DNA of 64,000 nt from contig OZ024744.1 in the NCBI GenBank assembly GCA_964016885.1, positions 8,432,001-8,496,000 on the forward strand. The letters run 5' to 3'. This stretch comes from Eledone cirrhosa (lineage: Eukaryota). This document shows, piece after piece, positions 27,551 to 42,500 of this stretch. The notes beneath the pieces were generated by a model, which did no database searches, was not told the DNA's origin, and saw only the letters and a list, made by a program, of their open reading frames with translations. The translations under genes and the position numbers were made by a program. The stretch's first letter is position 1; every line of letters begins with the position of its first letter.

Positions 27551-30500
27551 ATTATATGGTATAGTAGTGGGATATATTATAGTAGTGTAGTGGCGTATAT
27601 TATAGTAGTGTGGTACATATAATAATAGTGTGCTGTATATTATGATACTGTGGCAAATATTATAGTAGGGTGGTATATATGATAGTGATGTGGTATAAAT
27701 TACAGTAGTGCGGTATATATTATAATAGGGTGGTGTTAGTAGTGTGGTATATATTATAGTATTGTGGTGTATATTATAGTAGTGTGGTGCATATATTATT
27801 GTAGTGTGGTATATATTATAGTAGTGGGTAACGCATTATAGTAGTTTGGTGTATATTATAGTAGTGTTGTTGTATATATTATAGTAGTGTGGTATATATT
27901 ATGGTAGTGGGGTATATATTATATTAGTGTGGTGTATACTATAGTAGTGTGCTATATATTATTGTAGTGTTGTCATGTTATAGTATTGTGGTATATATTA
28001 TAGTAGTATGGTGCTATATATTATAGTAGTGTGGTATATATTATAGTATTTTGGCATATATTATCGTAGTGTGGTGTTTATTATAGTAGTGTCGTGTATA
28101 CAATAGTAGTGTGGTGTATATTAAAATAGTGTGGTGTATATTAAAGTAGTATGGTGGTATATATTAGAATAGTGTGGTACATAATATAGTAGTGTGTTAA
28201 ATATTATATTAATTTGGTATATATTATTGTAGTGTTCTATATATTATGGTAGTGTTTTACATGTTAGAGTACTGTGGTATCTATTACAGTAGTGTGGTGG
28301 TATACATTACAGTAGTGTGGTACGTTATAAAAATGTTGGTATATATTATAATAGTGTGGTTTTTATTAATGTAGTGTGGTGTATATTATAGTAGTGTGGT
28401 GTATCTTATAATAGTGTGGTATATATGATAGTAGTGTGGCATATATTATAATAGTGTGGTGTATGTTAAAGTAGTGTGGTGATGTATATTATAGTATTGT
28501 GGTGTATATTATAGTAGTGTGGTATCTATTATAGTAGTGTGGCATATGTTATAGTAGTGTGGTTTATATTATAGTAGTGTGGTATATATTATAGTAGTGT
28601 GGTATATATCATAGTAGTGTGGTGCATATTATAGTAGTGTGGTATATATATTATAGTAGTGTGGTATATATTATAGTAGTGTGGTGAACATTATAGTAGT
28701 GAGGTGGATGTGATAGTAGTGTGGCGGTGTATATTTTATTAGTGTGCTATATATTATAGGAGTGTGGTATATATTATAGTAGTCTGGTATATATATTATA
28801 GTAGTGTGGTGTATATTATAGTAGTGTGGTATATATTATAGTAGTGTGGTAGTATATATTATAGTAATGTGGTTTATATTATAATATTTTGGTATATATT
28901 ATAGTAGAGTGGTATATATTATTGTAGTGGGTGTGTATTATATTAGTTTGGCGGTATATATTATAGTAGTGTGGTATATATTATAGTAGTGTGGTATATA
29001 TTATAGTAGTGTGGCATATATTATAGTAGTGTGGTTTATATTATAGTAATGTGGTGTATCTTATAGTAGTGAGGTGGATGTTATAGTAGTATGGTGGTGT
29101 ATAATATATTAGTGTGGTATCTATTATAGTAGTGATGTATACATTATAGTAGTGTGGTGGATGTTATAGTAGTGTGGTGGTGTATATTAAAGTAGTGTGG
29201 TGTACATTATAGTATTATGGTGTATATTATAGTAGTGTGGTATATATTATATTAGTGTGGTTTATTTAATAGTAGTGTGGTATATATTATAGTAGTGTGG
29301 TATATAATATAGTAGTGTGGTATATATAATAGTAGTGTGGTTTATATTATAGTAGTGTGATATATATTATAGTAGTGTGGTATATATTATATTAGTGTTG
29401 TGTATTTTATAGTAGTGTGGTATATATATTATATGTTATAGTAGTGGTATAGGTTATAGTAGTGTGGTGGTGTATATTATAGGAGTGTGGTGTATATTAT
29501 AATAGTGTTGTAAATATTATAGTAGGGTGGTATATATAATAGTTGTGTGTTATATATTACAGTAGTGTGGTATATATTATAATAGGGTGGTGTGAGTAGT
29601 GTGGTATATATTATAGTAGTGTAGTGTACATTAAAGTATTGTGGTGCATATATTATTGTAGTGTGGTATATATTATAGTAGTGTGGAATGTATTATAGTA
29701 TTGTGGTATATATTATTGTAGTGTGGTATATATTATAGTAGAGTTGTATATATTATAGTAGTCCGGTGTATATTATAGTAGTCTGGTGTATATTATAGTT
29801 GTGTGGTGTATATTATAGTGGTGTGGTGTATATTATAGTAGTGTGGTGTATATTAAAGTAGTGGGGTGGTATATATTAGAGTAGTGTGGTATATAATATA
29901 GTAGTGTCGTGTATACTATAGTAGTGTGGTGTATATTATGGTAGTCTGGTGTATATTAAAGCAGTGTGATGGTATATATTAGAGTAGTGTGGTATATAAT
30001 ATAGTAGTATGTAAAATATTATATTTGTTTGGTATATTTTAGAGTAGTGTGGTGTATATTATAGCGGTGTGGTGTATATTATAGTAGTGTGGTATATATT
30101 ATAGTAGTGTGGTGGCATATATTATAGTATTATGGTATATATTATAGTAGTGTGGTATGTATTATAGAAGTGTGGTGTATATTATAGTAGTATGGTATAT
30201 ATTATAGTAGTTTCGTGTATATTATAGTAGTGTGATATATATTATAGTAGTGTGGCATATATTATAGTAGTGTGGTATATATCGTAGAAGTGTGGTATAT
30301 ATTATAGTAATTGTGGTGTATTTTATAATAGTGTGGTGTATATGACAGTAGTGTGGAGTATATTATCGTAGTGTGGTGTATATTATATAAGTGCGGTGTA
30401 TATTATATTAGTGTGGTGTATATTATAGTAGTGTGATATATATTATAGTAGTATGGTGGTATATGTTATAGTTGTGTGCTATATATTATAGTAGTGTGCT

Positions 30501-33500
30501 ATATATTATATTAGTGTGGTACATATTATAGTAGTGGGGTGTATATTAAACTAGTGTTGTGTATATTATAGTAGTGGGTTGGTATATATTATAGTAGTGT
30601 GGTATATATTATAATAATGTGGTGGTATATATTAATGTAGCGTGCTGTATATTATAGTAGTGTGTTAAATATTATAGTAGTGTGGTTTATATTATAGTAG
30701 TGTGGTATATATTATTGTAGTGTGGTGATGTATATTATAGTATTGTTGTATATATTATAGTAGTGTGGTATGTATTATAGATGTGTGGTATATATTATAG
30801 CAGTCTGGTATATATTATAGTAGTATGGTATATATTATAGTAGTTTCGTGTATATTATAGTAGTGTGCTGTATATTATAGTAGGGTGGTATATATTATAG
30901 TAGCTTGGTATATATTGTAGTAATGTGATTTATATAATAATAGTGTGGCGTTTATTATAGTAGTGTCGTGTATACTATAGCAAGGTGATGAATATTATAG
31001 TAGTGTTGTGTATATTATGGTAGTGTGGTGTATATTATAGTAGTGTTGTGTATATTATGGTAGTGTGTTGTATATTATAGTAGTGTGGTGTATATTATAG
31101 TAGTGTGGTATATATTATAGTAGTGAGCTGCATATTATTATAGTGTGACATATATTATAGTAGTGTGACATATATTAAAGTAGTGTGGTGTATATTATAG
31201 TAGTTTGGTGTATATTATAGTAGTGTGGTTGTATATAGTATAGTAGTGTGGTATATATTATAGTAGTGTGGTGTATATTATAGTATTGTGGTATATATTA
31301 TAGCAGTGTGATGTATATTATAGTAGTGTGGTATATATTATAGTAGTGTGGGGTATAGTATAGTAGTTTGGTGCATATTATATTTGTGTGGTATATATTA
31401 TAGTAGTGTGGTGTATATTATATTAGTTTGGTATATAGTATAGTAGTGTAGTTTATATTATATTAGTGTGGTGTAAATTATAGTAGCGTGGTATATATTA
31501 TAGTAGTGTAGTATATATTATAATATTTTTGTATATACTATAGTAGTGTGGTGTTAATTATAGTAGTGTCGTGTATACTATAGTAGTTTGGTGTGTAATA
31601 TAGTAGTGTGGTGTAATTTATAGTATTGTGGTATATATTATCGTAGTGTGATGTATGTTAAAGTAGTGTGTTGTATGTTATAGTAGTGTGGTGGTGTACA
31701 TTATAGTAGTGTAGGGTATATTATAGTAGTGTGGTATACATTGTGGTGTTTATTATAGTAGTGTGGTATATATTATATAAGTGCGATATATATTATAGTA
31801 GTGTGGTATATATTATAGTAGTGTGGTATATATTATAGTAATGTGGTGTATATTATAGTAGTGTGGCATATATTATAGCAGTGTTGTGTTTATTATGGTA
31901 GTGTGGTGTATATTATAGTAGTGTGGTGTATATTATAGTAGTGTGGTGTATATTATAGTAGTGTGGTATATATTATAGTAGTGTGCACTATATTATAATA
32001 GTGTGACATATATTATAGTAGTGTGACATATATTAAATTAGTGTGGTGTATATTATAGTAGTTTTGTGTATATTATAGTAGTGTGGTATATATTTTAGTA
32101 GTGGGGTATATATTATATTAGTGTGGTATATATTATAGTAGTGTGCTATATATTATTGTAGTGTGGTCATGTTATAGTGTTGTGGTATATATTATAGCAG
32201 TGTGGTGGTATATATTAGAGTAGTGTGGTATATAATATAGTAGTGTGTTAAATATTATATTAGTTTGGAATATATTATAGTAGTGTGGTGTATATTATAG
32301 TGGTGTAGCTTATATTATAGTAGCGTGGTATATATTGTAGTAGTGTGGTATATATTATCGTAGTGTGGTGTATTTTATATTAGTGTGGTGTATATTATAG
32401 TAGTGTGGTGGTATATATTATAGTAATGTGGTTTATATTATAATATTTTGGTATATATTATAGTAGTGTGGTGTTTATTATAGTTGTGTCGTGTATACTA
32501 GAGTAATGTGGTGTATATTATAGTAGAGTTGTGTATATTATAGTAGTGCTGTGTATATTATGGTAGTTTGGCGTATATTATAGTAGAGGGTGTATATTAT
32601 AGTAGGGTGGTATATATTATAGTAGTGAGCTGTATATTATAATAGTGTGACATATATTATAGTAGTGTGACATATATTAAAGTAGTGTGGTGTATATTAT
32701 AGTAGTTTGGTGTATATTATAGTAGTGTGGTTGTATATATTATAGTAGTGTGATATATATTATAGTAGTGTGGTGTATATTATAGCAGTATGATGTACAT
32801 TATTGTAGTGTGCTTCATATATTATTGTAGTCTACTATATATTTTTGTAGTCTGGTGTATATTATAGTAGTGTGCGGTATAGTATCGTAGTGTCGTGTAT
32901 ATTATATTTGTGTGGTATATATTAAAGTAGTGTGGTGTATATTATATTAGTTTGGTATATAGTATAGTAGTGTGGTTTATATTATAGTAGTGTGATGTAA
33001 TTTATAGTAGTGTGGTATATATTATCCTTGTGTGACGTATGTTATAGTAGTGTGGTGGTGTATATTATAGTAGCGTAGCGTATATTATAGTATTGTGGTA
33101 TACATTGTGGTGTTTATTATAGTAGTGTGGTATATATTATAGTAGTGTGCACTATATTATAATAGTGTGACATATATTATAGTAGTGTGACATATATTAA
33201 AATAGTGGGGTATATATTATATTAGTGTGGTACATATTATAGTAGTGTGCTATATATTATTGTAGTGTGGTCATGTTATAGTGTTGTGGTATATGTTATA
33301 GTAGTGTGGTGGTATACATTATAGTAGTGTGGTATATATTATAGTATTTTGGTATATACTATAGTAGTGTCTTGTATACTACAGTAGTGTGGTGTATATT
33401 ATAGTAGTCTGGAGTATATTAAAGCACTGTGATGGTATATATTAGAGTAGTGTGGTATATGATATAGTAGTGTGTTAAATATTATATTTGTTTGGTATAT

Positions 33501-36500
33501 ATTAGAGTAGTGTGGTATATTTTATAGTAGAGTGGTATATACTATAGTAGTCTGGTATATATTATAGTAGTGGTGTATATTATAGTGGTGTGGTGTATAT
33601 TATAGTAGTGCGGTATATATTATACTAGTATGGTGGCGTATATTATAGTATTGTGGTATATATTATAGTAGTGTGGTATATATTATAGTAGTGTGGTATG
33701 TATTATAGTAGTGTGGTATATATTATAGCAGTGTGGTGTATATTATAGTAGTATGGTATATATCATAGTAGTTTCGTTTATATTATAGTAGTGTGATATA
33801 TGATATAGTAGTGTGGCATATATTATAGTAGTGTGGTATATATTGTAGAAGTGTTGTATATATTATAGTAATTGTGGTGTATTTTATAGTAGTGTGGTGT
33901 ATATTATAGTAGTGTGGAGTATATTATAGTAGTGTGGTGTATATTATCGTAGTGTGGTATATATTATATAAGTGCGGTGTAAATTATAGTAGTGTGGTGT
34001 ATATTATAGTAGTGTGATATATATTATAGTAGTGTGGTATATATTATAGTAGTATGGTTGTATATATTATAGTAGTGTGCTATATATTATAGTAGTGTGC
34101 TATATATTATATTAGTGTGGTATATATTATAGTAGTGGGGTATATATTATAATCATGTGGTGGTATATATTGTTGTAGTGTGGTATATATTATAGTAGTG
34201 TGCTGTATATGAGAGTAGTGTTGTATATATTATTGTAGTGTGGTGGTATATATTATAGTAGTGTGATGTATATTATAGAAGTGTGGTGTATATTATAGCA
34301 GTGTGATGTATATTATAGTAGTGTGGTATATATTATAGTAGTGTGGTATATATTATCGTCGTATGGTGTATATTATAGCAGTGTGATGTATATTATAGTA
34401 GTGTGGTATATATTATAGTAGTGTGGTATATATGATAGTAGTGTGGTATATATGATAGTAGTCTGCTATATATTGTAATAGTGTGGTATATATTATAGTA
34501 GTGTCGTGTATAGTATAGTAGTGTGCTGTATATTATATTAGTGTGGCATATATTATGTTAGTGTGGTATATAGTATAGTAGTGTGGTGCATATATTATTG
34601 TAGTGTGGTATATATTATAGTAGTCTGCTATATATTTAAGTAGTGTGGTAAATATTATAGTAGGGTGGGGTATAGTATAGTAGTGTGATGTATATTATAT
34701 TTGTGTGGTATATAGTATAGTAGTGTGGTATATATTATATTAGTTTGGTATATATTATAATAGTGTGGTTCATATTATAGTAGTGTGGTGTAAATTATAG
34801 TAGCATGGTATATATTATAGTAGTGTAGTATATATTATAATATTTTTGTATATACTATAGTAGTGTGGTGTTTATTATAGTAGTGTCGTGTATACTATAG
34901 TAGTGTGGTGTATATTATAGTAGTGTGGCGTAATTTATAGTAGTGTGGTGTAATTTATAGTAGTGTGGTATATATTATCGTAGTGTGATGTATGTTAAAA
35001 TAGTGTGATGTATTTTATAGTAGTGTGGTATACATTGTGGTGTTTGTTACAGTAGTGTACCGTATATTATAGTATTGTGGTATACATTGTGGTGTTTGTT
35101 ATAGTAGTGTTGTATATATTATATAAGTGCGGTGTATATTATAGTAGTGTGGTATATATTATAGTAGTGTGGTATATATTATAGTAATGTGGTGTATATT
35201 ATAGTAGTGTCGCATATATTATAGTAGTGTTGTGTTTATTATGGTAGTGTCGTGTACTTTATAGTAGTGTGGTGTATATTATAGTAGTGTGGTATATATT
35301 ATAGTAGTGTGCACTATATTATAATAGTGTGACATATATTATAGTAGTGTGACATATATTAAAGTAGTGGGGTGTATATTATAGTAGTTTGGTGTATATT
35401 ATAGTAGTGTGGTATATATTATAGTAGTTGGGTATATGTTATATTAGTGTGGTATATATTATAGTAGTGTGTTATATATTATTGTAGTGTGGTCATGTTA
35501 TAGTGTTGTGCTATATATTATAGCAGTGTGGTGGTATATATTATAGTAGTGTGGTATACATTATAGTATTTTGGTATATACTATAGTAGTATCGTGTATA
35601 CTATAGTAGTGAGGTATGTATTATAGAAGTGTGGTGTATATTATAGCAGTCTGGTGTATATTATAGTAGTATGGTATATATTATAGTACTTTCGTGTATA
35701 TTATAGTAGTGTGATATATATTATAGTAGTGTGGTGTATTTTATATTAGTTTGGTGTATATTATAGTAGTGTGGTGGTATATATTTTAGTAAAGTGGTTC
35801 ATATTATAATATTTTGGTATATATTATAGTAGTGTGGTATATATATTATAGTAGTGTGGTATATATTATAGTAGTGTGGTGTATATTATAGTAGTGTGGT
35901 GTATATTATATTAGTGTGGTATATAGTATAGTAGTGTGGTTTATATTAGAGCAGTGTGGTTTATATTATAGTAGTGTGGTGTAAAGTATAGTAGCCTGGT
36001 ATATATTATAGTAGTGTAGTATGTATTATAGTATTTTGGTATATACTATAGTAGTATGACATATATTATAGTAGTGTGACATACATTAAAGTAGTGTGGT
36101 CTATATTATAGTAGTGTGGTTGTATATATTATAGTAGTGTGGTATATATTATAGTATTTTGGTATATACTATAGTAGTGTCGTGTATACTATAGTAGTGT
36201 GGTGTATATTATAGTAGTCTGGTGTATATTAAAGGAGTGTGATGGTATATATTAGAGTAGTGTGGTATATAATATAGTAGTGTGTTAAATATAATATTTG
36301 TTTGGTATATATTAGAGTAGTGTGGTATATTTTATAGTAGAGCGGTATATACTATAGTAGTCTGGTATATAATATAGTAGTGTGGTGTATATTATAGTAG
36401 TGTGATATATATTATAGTAGTGTGGCATATATTATAGTAGTTTGGTATATATTGTAGTAGTGTGGTATATATTATGGTAGTGTGGTGGATTTTATATTAG

Positions 36501-39500
36501 TGTGGTGGTATATATTATAGTAAAGTGGTTCATATAATATTTTCATATACATTATAGTAGTGTGGTGTTTATTATAGTAGTGTCGTGTATACTATAGTAG
36601 TTTGGTGTATATATTATAGTAGTGTGTATATATTATAGTAGTGGGGTGTATATTATAGTAGTGTGGTGTATGTTATAGTAGTTTGGTGGTATCTATTATA
36701 GTAGTTTGGTATATATTATAGTAGTGTGGTATATATGTTATAGTAGTGTGGTATATATTATAGTAGTGTGGTATATATTATATTAGTGTGGTATATAGTA
36801 TAGTAGTGTGGTTTATATTAGAGTAGTGTGGTTTTTATTATAGTAGTGTTTTATATATTATAGTATTTTGGTATATACTATAGTAGTATGATATATATTA
36901 CAGTAGTGTGATGTACATTAAAGTAGTGTGGTGTATATTAAAATAGTGTGGTGAATATAAAAGTAGTCTGGTGGTATATATTAGAGTAGTGTGGTATATA
37001 ATATAGTAGAGTGTTAAATATTATATTAGTTTGGTATATATTTTTGTAGTGTTGTATATATTATTATAGTGTGTTACATGTTATAGTACTGTGGTATCTA
37101 TTATAGTAGCATGGTGTACCTTATATTAGTGTGGTGTATATTATAGTAGTCAGGTGGATGTTATAGTAGTATGGTGGTGTTTATTATAGTAGTGTGGTGT
37201 ATATTATAATAGTGTGGTATATATGATAGTAGTGTGGCATATATTATAGTAGTGTGGTGTATGCTATAGTAGTGTGGTGATGTATATTATAGTAGTGTGG
37301 TATATAAATTATAGTAGTGTGATGGTGTATATTATAGTAGTGTGCTATATATTATAGGAGTGTGGTATATATTATAGTAGTGTGGTATATATATTATAGT
37401 AGTGTGGTGTATATTATAGTAGTGTGGTATATTATAGTAGTGTGGTGTATATTATAGTAGTGTGGTATATATTATAGTAGTGTGGTGGTATATATTATAG
37501 TAATGTGGTTTATATTATAATATGTTGGTATGTATTATAGTAGTGTGGTGGTATATATTATAGTAGTGTGGTATATATTATAGTAGTGTAGTGGTATATA
37601 TTATAGTAATGTGGTTTATATTATAATATGTTGGTATGTATTATAGTAGTGTGGTGGTATATATTATAGTAGTGTGGTATATATTATACTAGCGTGGTGG
37701 TATATATTATAGGAGTGTGGTGTTTATTATAGTAGTGTCGTGTACACTATAGTAGTGTGGTGAATATTAAAATAGTGTGGTATGTAATATATTAGTGTGT
37801 TAAATATTATATTAGTTTGGTATATATTATTGTAGTGTTGTATATATTATAGTAGCGTGGTATATATTGTAGTAGTGTGGTATATATTATAGTAGTGTGG
37901 TGTATTTTATAGTAGTGTGGTGTATATTATAGTAGTATGGTGGTATATATTATAGTAATGTGGTTTATATTATATTATTTTGGTATATATTATAGTTGTG
38001 TGGGGTTTATTATAGTAGTGTCATGTATACTATAGTAGTTTGGTCTATATATTATAGTAGAGTTGTATATATTATAGTAGTGGGGTGTATACTATAGTAG
38101 TGTGGTATATATTATAGTAGTTTTGTATATATTAGAGCAGTGTAGTTGTATATATTATATTAGTGTGCTATATATTATAGTAGTGTGGTGTACATTATAG
38201 TAGTGTGGTATATATTATAGTAGTGTGGTATATATTATAGTAGTGTGGCTTATATTATAGTAGTGTGGTTTATATTATAGTAGTGTGATTCTATATTATA
38301 GTAGTGTGGTATATATTGTTGTAGTGTGGTATACATTATAGTACTGTGGTGTATGTTATAGTATAGTGGTGATGTATATTATAGTAGTGTGGTGAATATT
38401 ATAGTAGTGTGGTGTATATTATAGTAGTGTGGTATATATATTAGTATTGTGGCATATATTATAGTAGTGTGGTATATATTATAGTAGTGTGGTATATATT
38501 ATAGTAGTGTGGTATATATTATAGTAGTGTGGTTTATATTATAGTAATGTGGTGTATCTTATGTTAGTGTGGTGTATATTATAGTAGTGAGGTGGATGTT
38601 ATAGTAGTGTGGAGGTGTATATTATAGTAGTGTGGTGTATAATACAGTAGTGTGGTATATATTATAATAGGGTGGTGCTACATATTATAGTAAAGTGGAA
38701 CATATTATAGTAGTGTGGTACATATTATAGTTTTGTGGTGTATATTATTTTAGTGTGGTGTATATTATAGTAGTGTTGTGTATATTATGATAGTGTGGTG
38801 TATATTACAGTAGTGTGGTGTATATTATTGTAGTACGGTGTATATTATAGTAGTGTGGTATATATTATAGTAGTGTGGTGTATATTATAGCAGTGTGGTG
38901 TATATTATAGCAGTGGGGTGTATATTATAGTAGTGTGGTGTATATTGTAGTAGTGTGGTATATATTATAGTAGTGTTGTATATATATTTTAGTAGTGTGG
39001 TATATATTATTGCAGTGAGGTGGTATATATAATAGTGGTGTGCTATATATTATAGTCGTGTGATATATATTATAGTAGTGTGGTTTATATTATAGTAGTG
39101 TTGTATGTATTATAGTAGTGTGGTGTATATTATAATAGTGTGGTATATATGATAGTAGTGTGGTATATATTATAATAGTGTGGTATATATTATAGTAGTG
39201 TGGTAAATATTATAGTAGTGTGGTATATATAATAGTTGTGTGATTTATATTATAGTAGTGTTGTGTATCTTATATTAGTGTGGTGTATATTATAGTAGTG
39301 AGGTGGATGTTATAATAGTATGGTGGTGTATATTATAATAGTGTGGTATATATTATAGGAGTGTGGTATATATATTATAGTAGTGTGGTATATATATTAT
39401 AGTTTAATGGTATATATTATAGTAGTGTGGTGTATATTATAGTAGTGTGGTATATATATTATAGTAGTGTGGTATATATTATAGTAGTGTGGTGTATATT

Positions 39501-42500
39501 ATAGTAGTGTGGTATATATTATAATAGTGTGGTGGTATATATTATAGTAATGTGGTTTATATTATAATATTTTGGTATATATTATAGTTGTGTGGTGTAT
39601 ATTGTAGTAGTGTGGTATATATTATAGTAGTGTGGTATATATTATAGTAGTGTGGTATATATTATAGTGGTGTGGTTTATATTATAGAAGTGTGATGTAC
39701 ATTATAGTAGTGTGGTATATATATTATATGTTATAGTAGTTTGGTGATGTATATTATAGTAGTTTGGCGTATATTATAGTAGGGTGGTGTATATAATAGT
39801 AGTGTTGTACATATTATAGTAAGGCAAATATTATTGTAGGGTGGTATATTAGATAGTAGTGTGGTATATATTACAGTAGTGTGGTATATATTATAATAGG
39901 GTGGTGTTACTAGTGTGGTATATATTATAGTAGTGTGGTGTATATTATAGTAGCTTGGTGTATATTATATTAGTGTGGTTGTATATATTATAGTAGTGTC
40001 GTATATATTATAGTAGTGTAGTGTATATTATAGCAGTGTGATGTATATTATAGTAGTGTGGTGCATATATTATAGTAGTCTGGTATATATTATAGTAGTC
40101 TGGTGTATATTATAGTGTTGTGGTGTATATTATAGTAGTGTGGTCTATATTATTGTAGTGTGGTGGTGTATATTATATTATTGTGGTATATATTATAGTA
40201 GTGTGGTATGTATTATAGAAGTGTGGCATATATCATAGCAGTCTGGTGTATATTATAGTAGTATGGTATATATTATAGTAGTTTCGTTTATATTATAGTA
40301 GTTTCGTTTATATTATAGTAGTGTGGTGCATATATTATTGTAGTGTGCTATATATTATAGTAGTGTGGAATGTATTATAGTATTGTGGTATATATTATAG
40401 TAGTGTGGTATATATTATAGTAGTGTGGTATGTATTATAGAAGTGTGGTATATATTGTAGCAGTCTGGTGTATATTATAGTAGTGTGATGTATATTATAG
40501 TAGTGTGCTGCTTATATTATTGTAGTGTGGTATATATTATACTAGTGTGGAATGTATTATTGTATTGTGGTATATATTATAGTAGTGTGGTATATATTAT
40601 TGTAGTGTGATCTATATTATAGTAGTATGTCATATATTATAGTAGCGTGGTATATATTGTAGTAGTGTGGTATACATTATAGTAGTGTTGTGTATTTTAT
40701 AGTAGTGTGGTGTATATTATAGTAGTGTGGTGGTATACATTATAGTAATGTGGTTTATATTATAATATGTTGGTATATAATATAGTAGTGTGGTGTTTAT
40801 TATAGTAGTGTCCTGTATACTATAGTATTTTGTTGTATATATTATAGTATTGTGGTATATATCATAGTAGTGGGGTGTATATTATAGTAGTGTGGTATAT
40901 ATTATAGCAGTAGGGTGTATATTATAGTAGTGTGGTATATATTATAGTAGTTTGGCATATATTATAGCAGTGTAGTGGTATATATTATAGTAGTGTGCTA
41001 TATATTATAGTAGTATGGTGTACATTATAGTATTATTGTGTATATTATAGTAGTGTAGTATATATAATATTAGTGAGGTTTATTTTATAGTAGGGTGCTA
41101 TATATTATAGTAGTGTGGTATATATTATAGTAGTGTGGTATATATTATTATAGTGTGGTGTATATTATAGTAGTGTGATGTATATTATAGTAGTGTGATG
41201 TATATTATAGTTGTGTGGTATATATTATAATAGTGTTGTGAATTTTATAGGAGTGTGGTATATATATTATATGTTATAGTAGTGGTATATATTATAGTTG
41301 TGTGGTGGTGTATATTATAATAGGGTGCTGTATATTATAGTAGTGTGGTAGATATAATAATAGTGTGCTGTGTATTATAATAGTGTGGCAAATATTATAG
41401 TCGGGTTGTATATATAATTGTAGTGTGTTATATATTACAGTAGTGTGGTATATATTATAATAGGGTGGTGTGAGTAGTGTGGTATATATTATAGTAGTGT
41501 GGAATGTATTATAGTATTGTGGTATATATTATAGTAGTGTGGTATATATTATAGTAGAGTGGTATATATTATAGTGGTGTGGTGTATATTATAGTAGTGT
41601 GACATATATTATAGTAGTGTGATATATATTATAGTAGTTTGGTGTATATTATAGTAGTCTGGTGTATATTATATTAGTGTGGTGGTGTATATTATAGTTT
41701 TGTGGTATATATTATAGTAGTATGGTATATATTGTAGTAGTGTGGTAAATATTATAGTAGTGTGGTGTATGTTATGGTAGTGGAGTATATTATAGTAGTG
41801 AAGTGTATATTATAGTAGTGTGGTATATATTATATAAGTGCTGTGTATATTATAGTAATGTGGTATATATTATTGTAAAGTGCTATATATTATAATAGTA
41901 CGTTGAATGTTATAGTAGTGTAATGGTGTATATTATAGCAGTGTTGTACATATTATAGTAGTGTGGTGTATATTATATTAGTGTGGTGTATATTATAGTA
42001 GTGTGGTATATATTATAGTAGAGTGGTATATATTATAGTAGTCTGGTATATATTATAGTAGTGTGTTGTATATTATAGTGGTGTGGTTTATATTATAGTA
42101 GTGCGGTGCTTATCTTATTGTAGTGTGGTAAATATTATTATAATGTGGAATGTATTATAGTATTGTGGTATATATTAGAGTAGTGGGGTATATATTATAG
42201 TAGTATGGTGTATATTATAGTAGTGTGGTGCTTATATTATTGTACTGTGGTATATATTATAGTAGTGTGGAATGTATTATAGTATTGTGGTATTTATTAT
42301 AGTAGTGTTGTATATATTATAGTAGTGTAGCATATATTATAGTAGCATGGTATATATTGTAGTAGTGTGGTATATATTATAGTAGTGTTGTGTATTTTAT
42401 AGTAGTTTGGTGTATATTATAGTAGTATGGTGGTATATATTATAGTAATGTGGTTTATATTATATTATTTTGGTATATATTATAGTAGTGTGGGGTTTAT

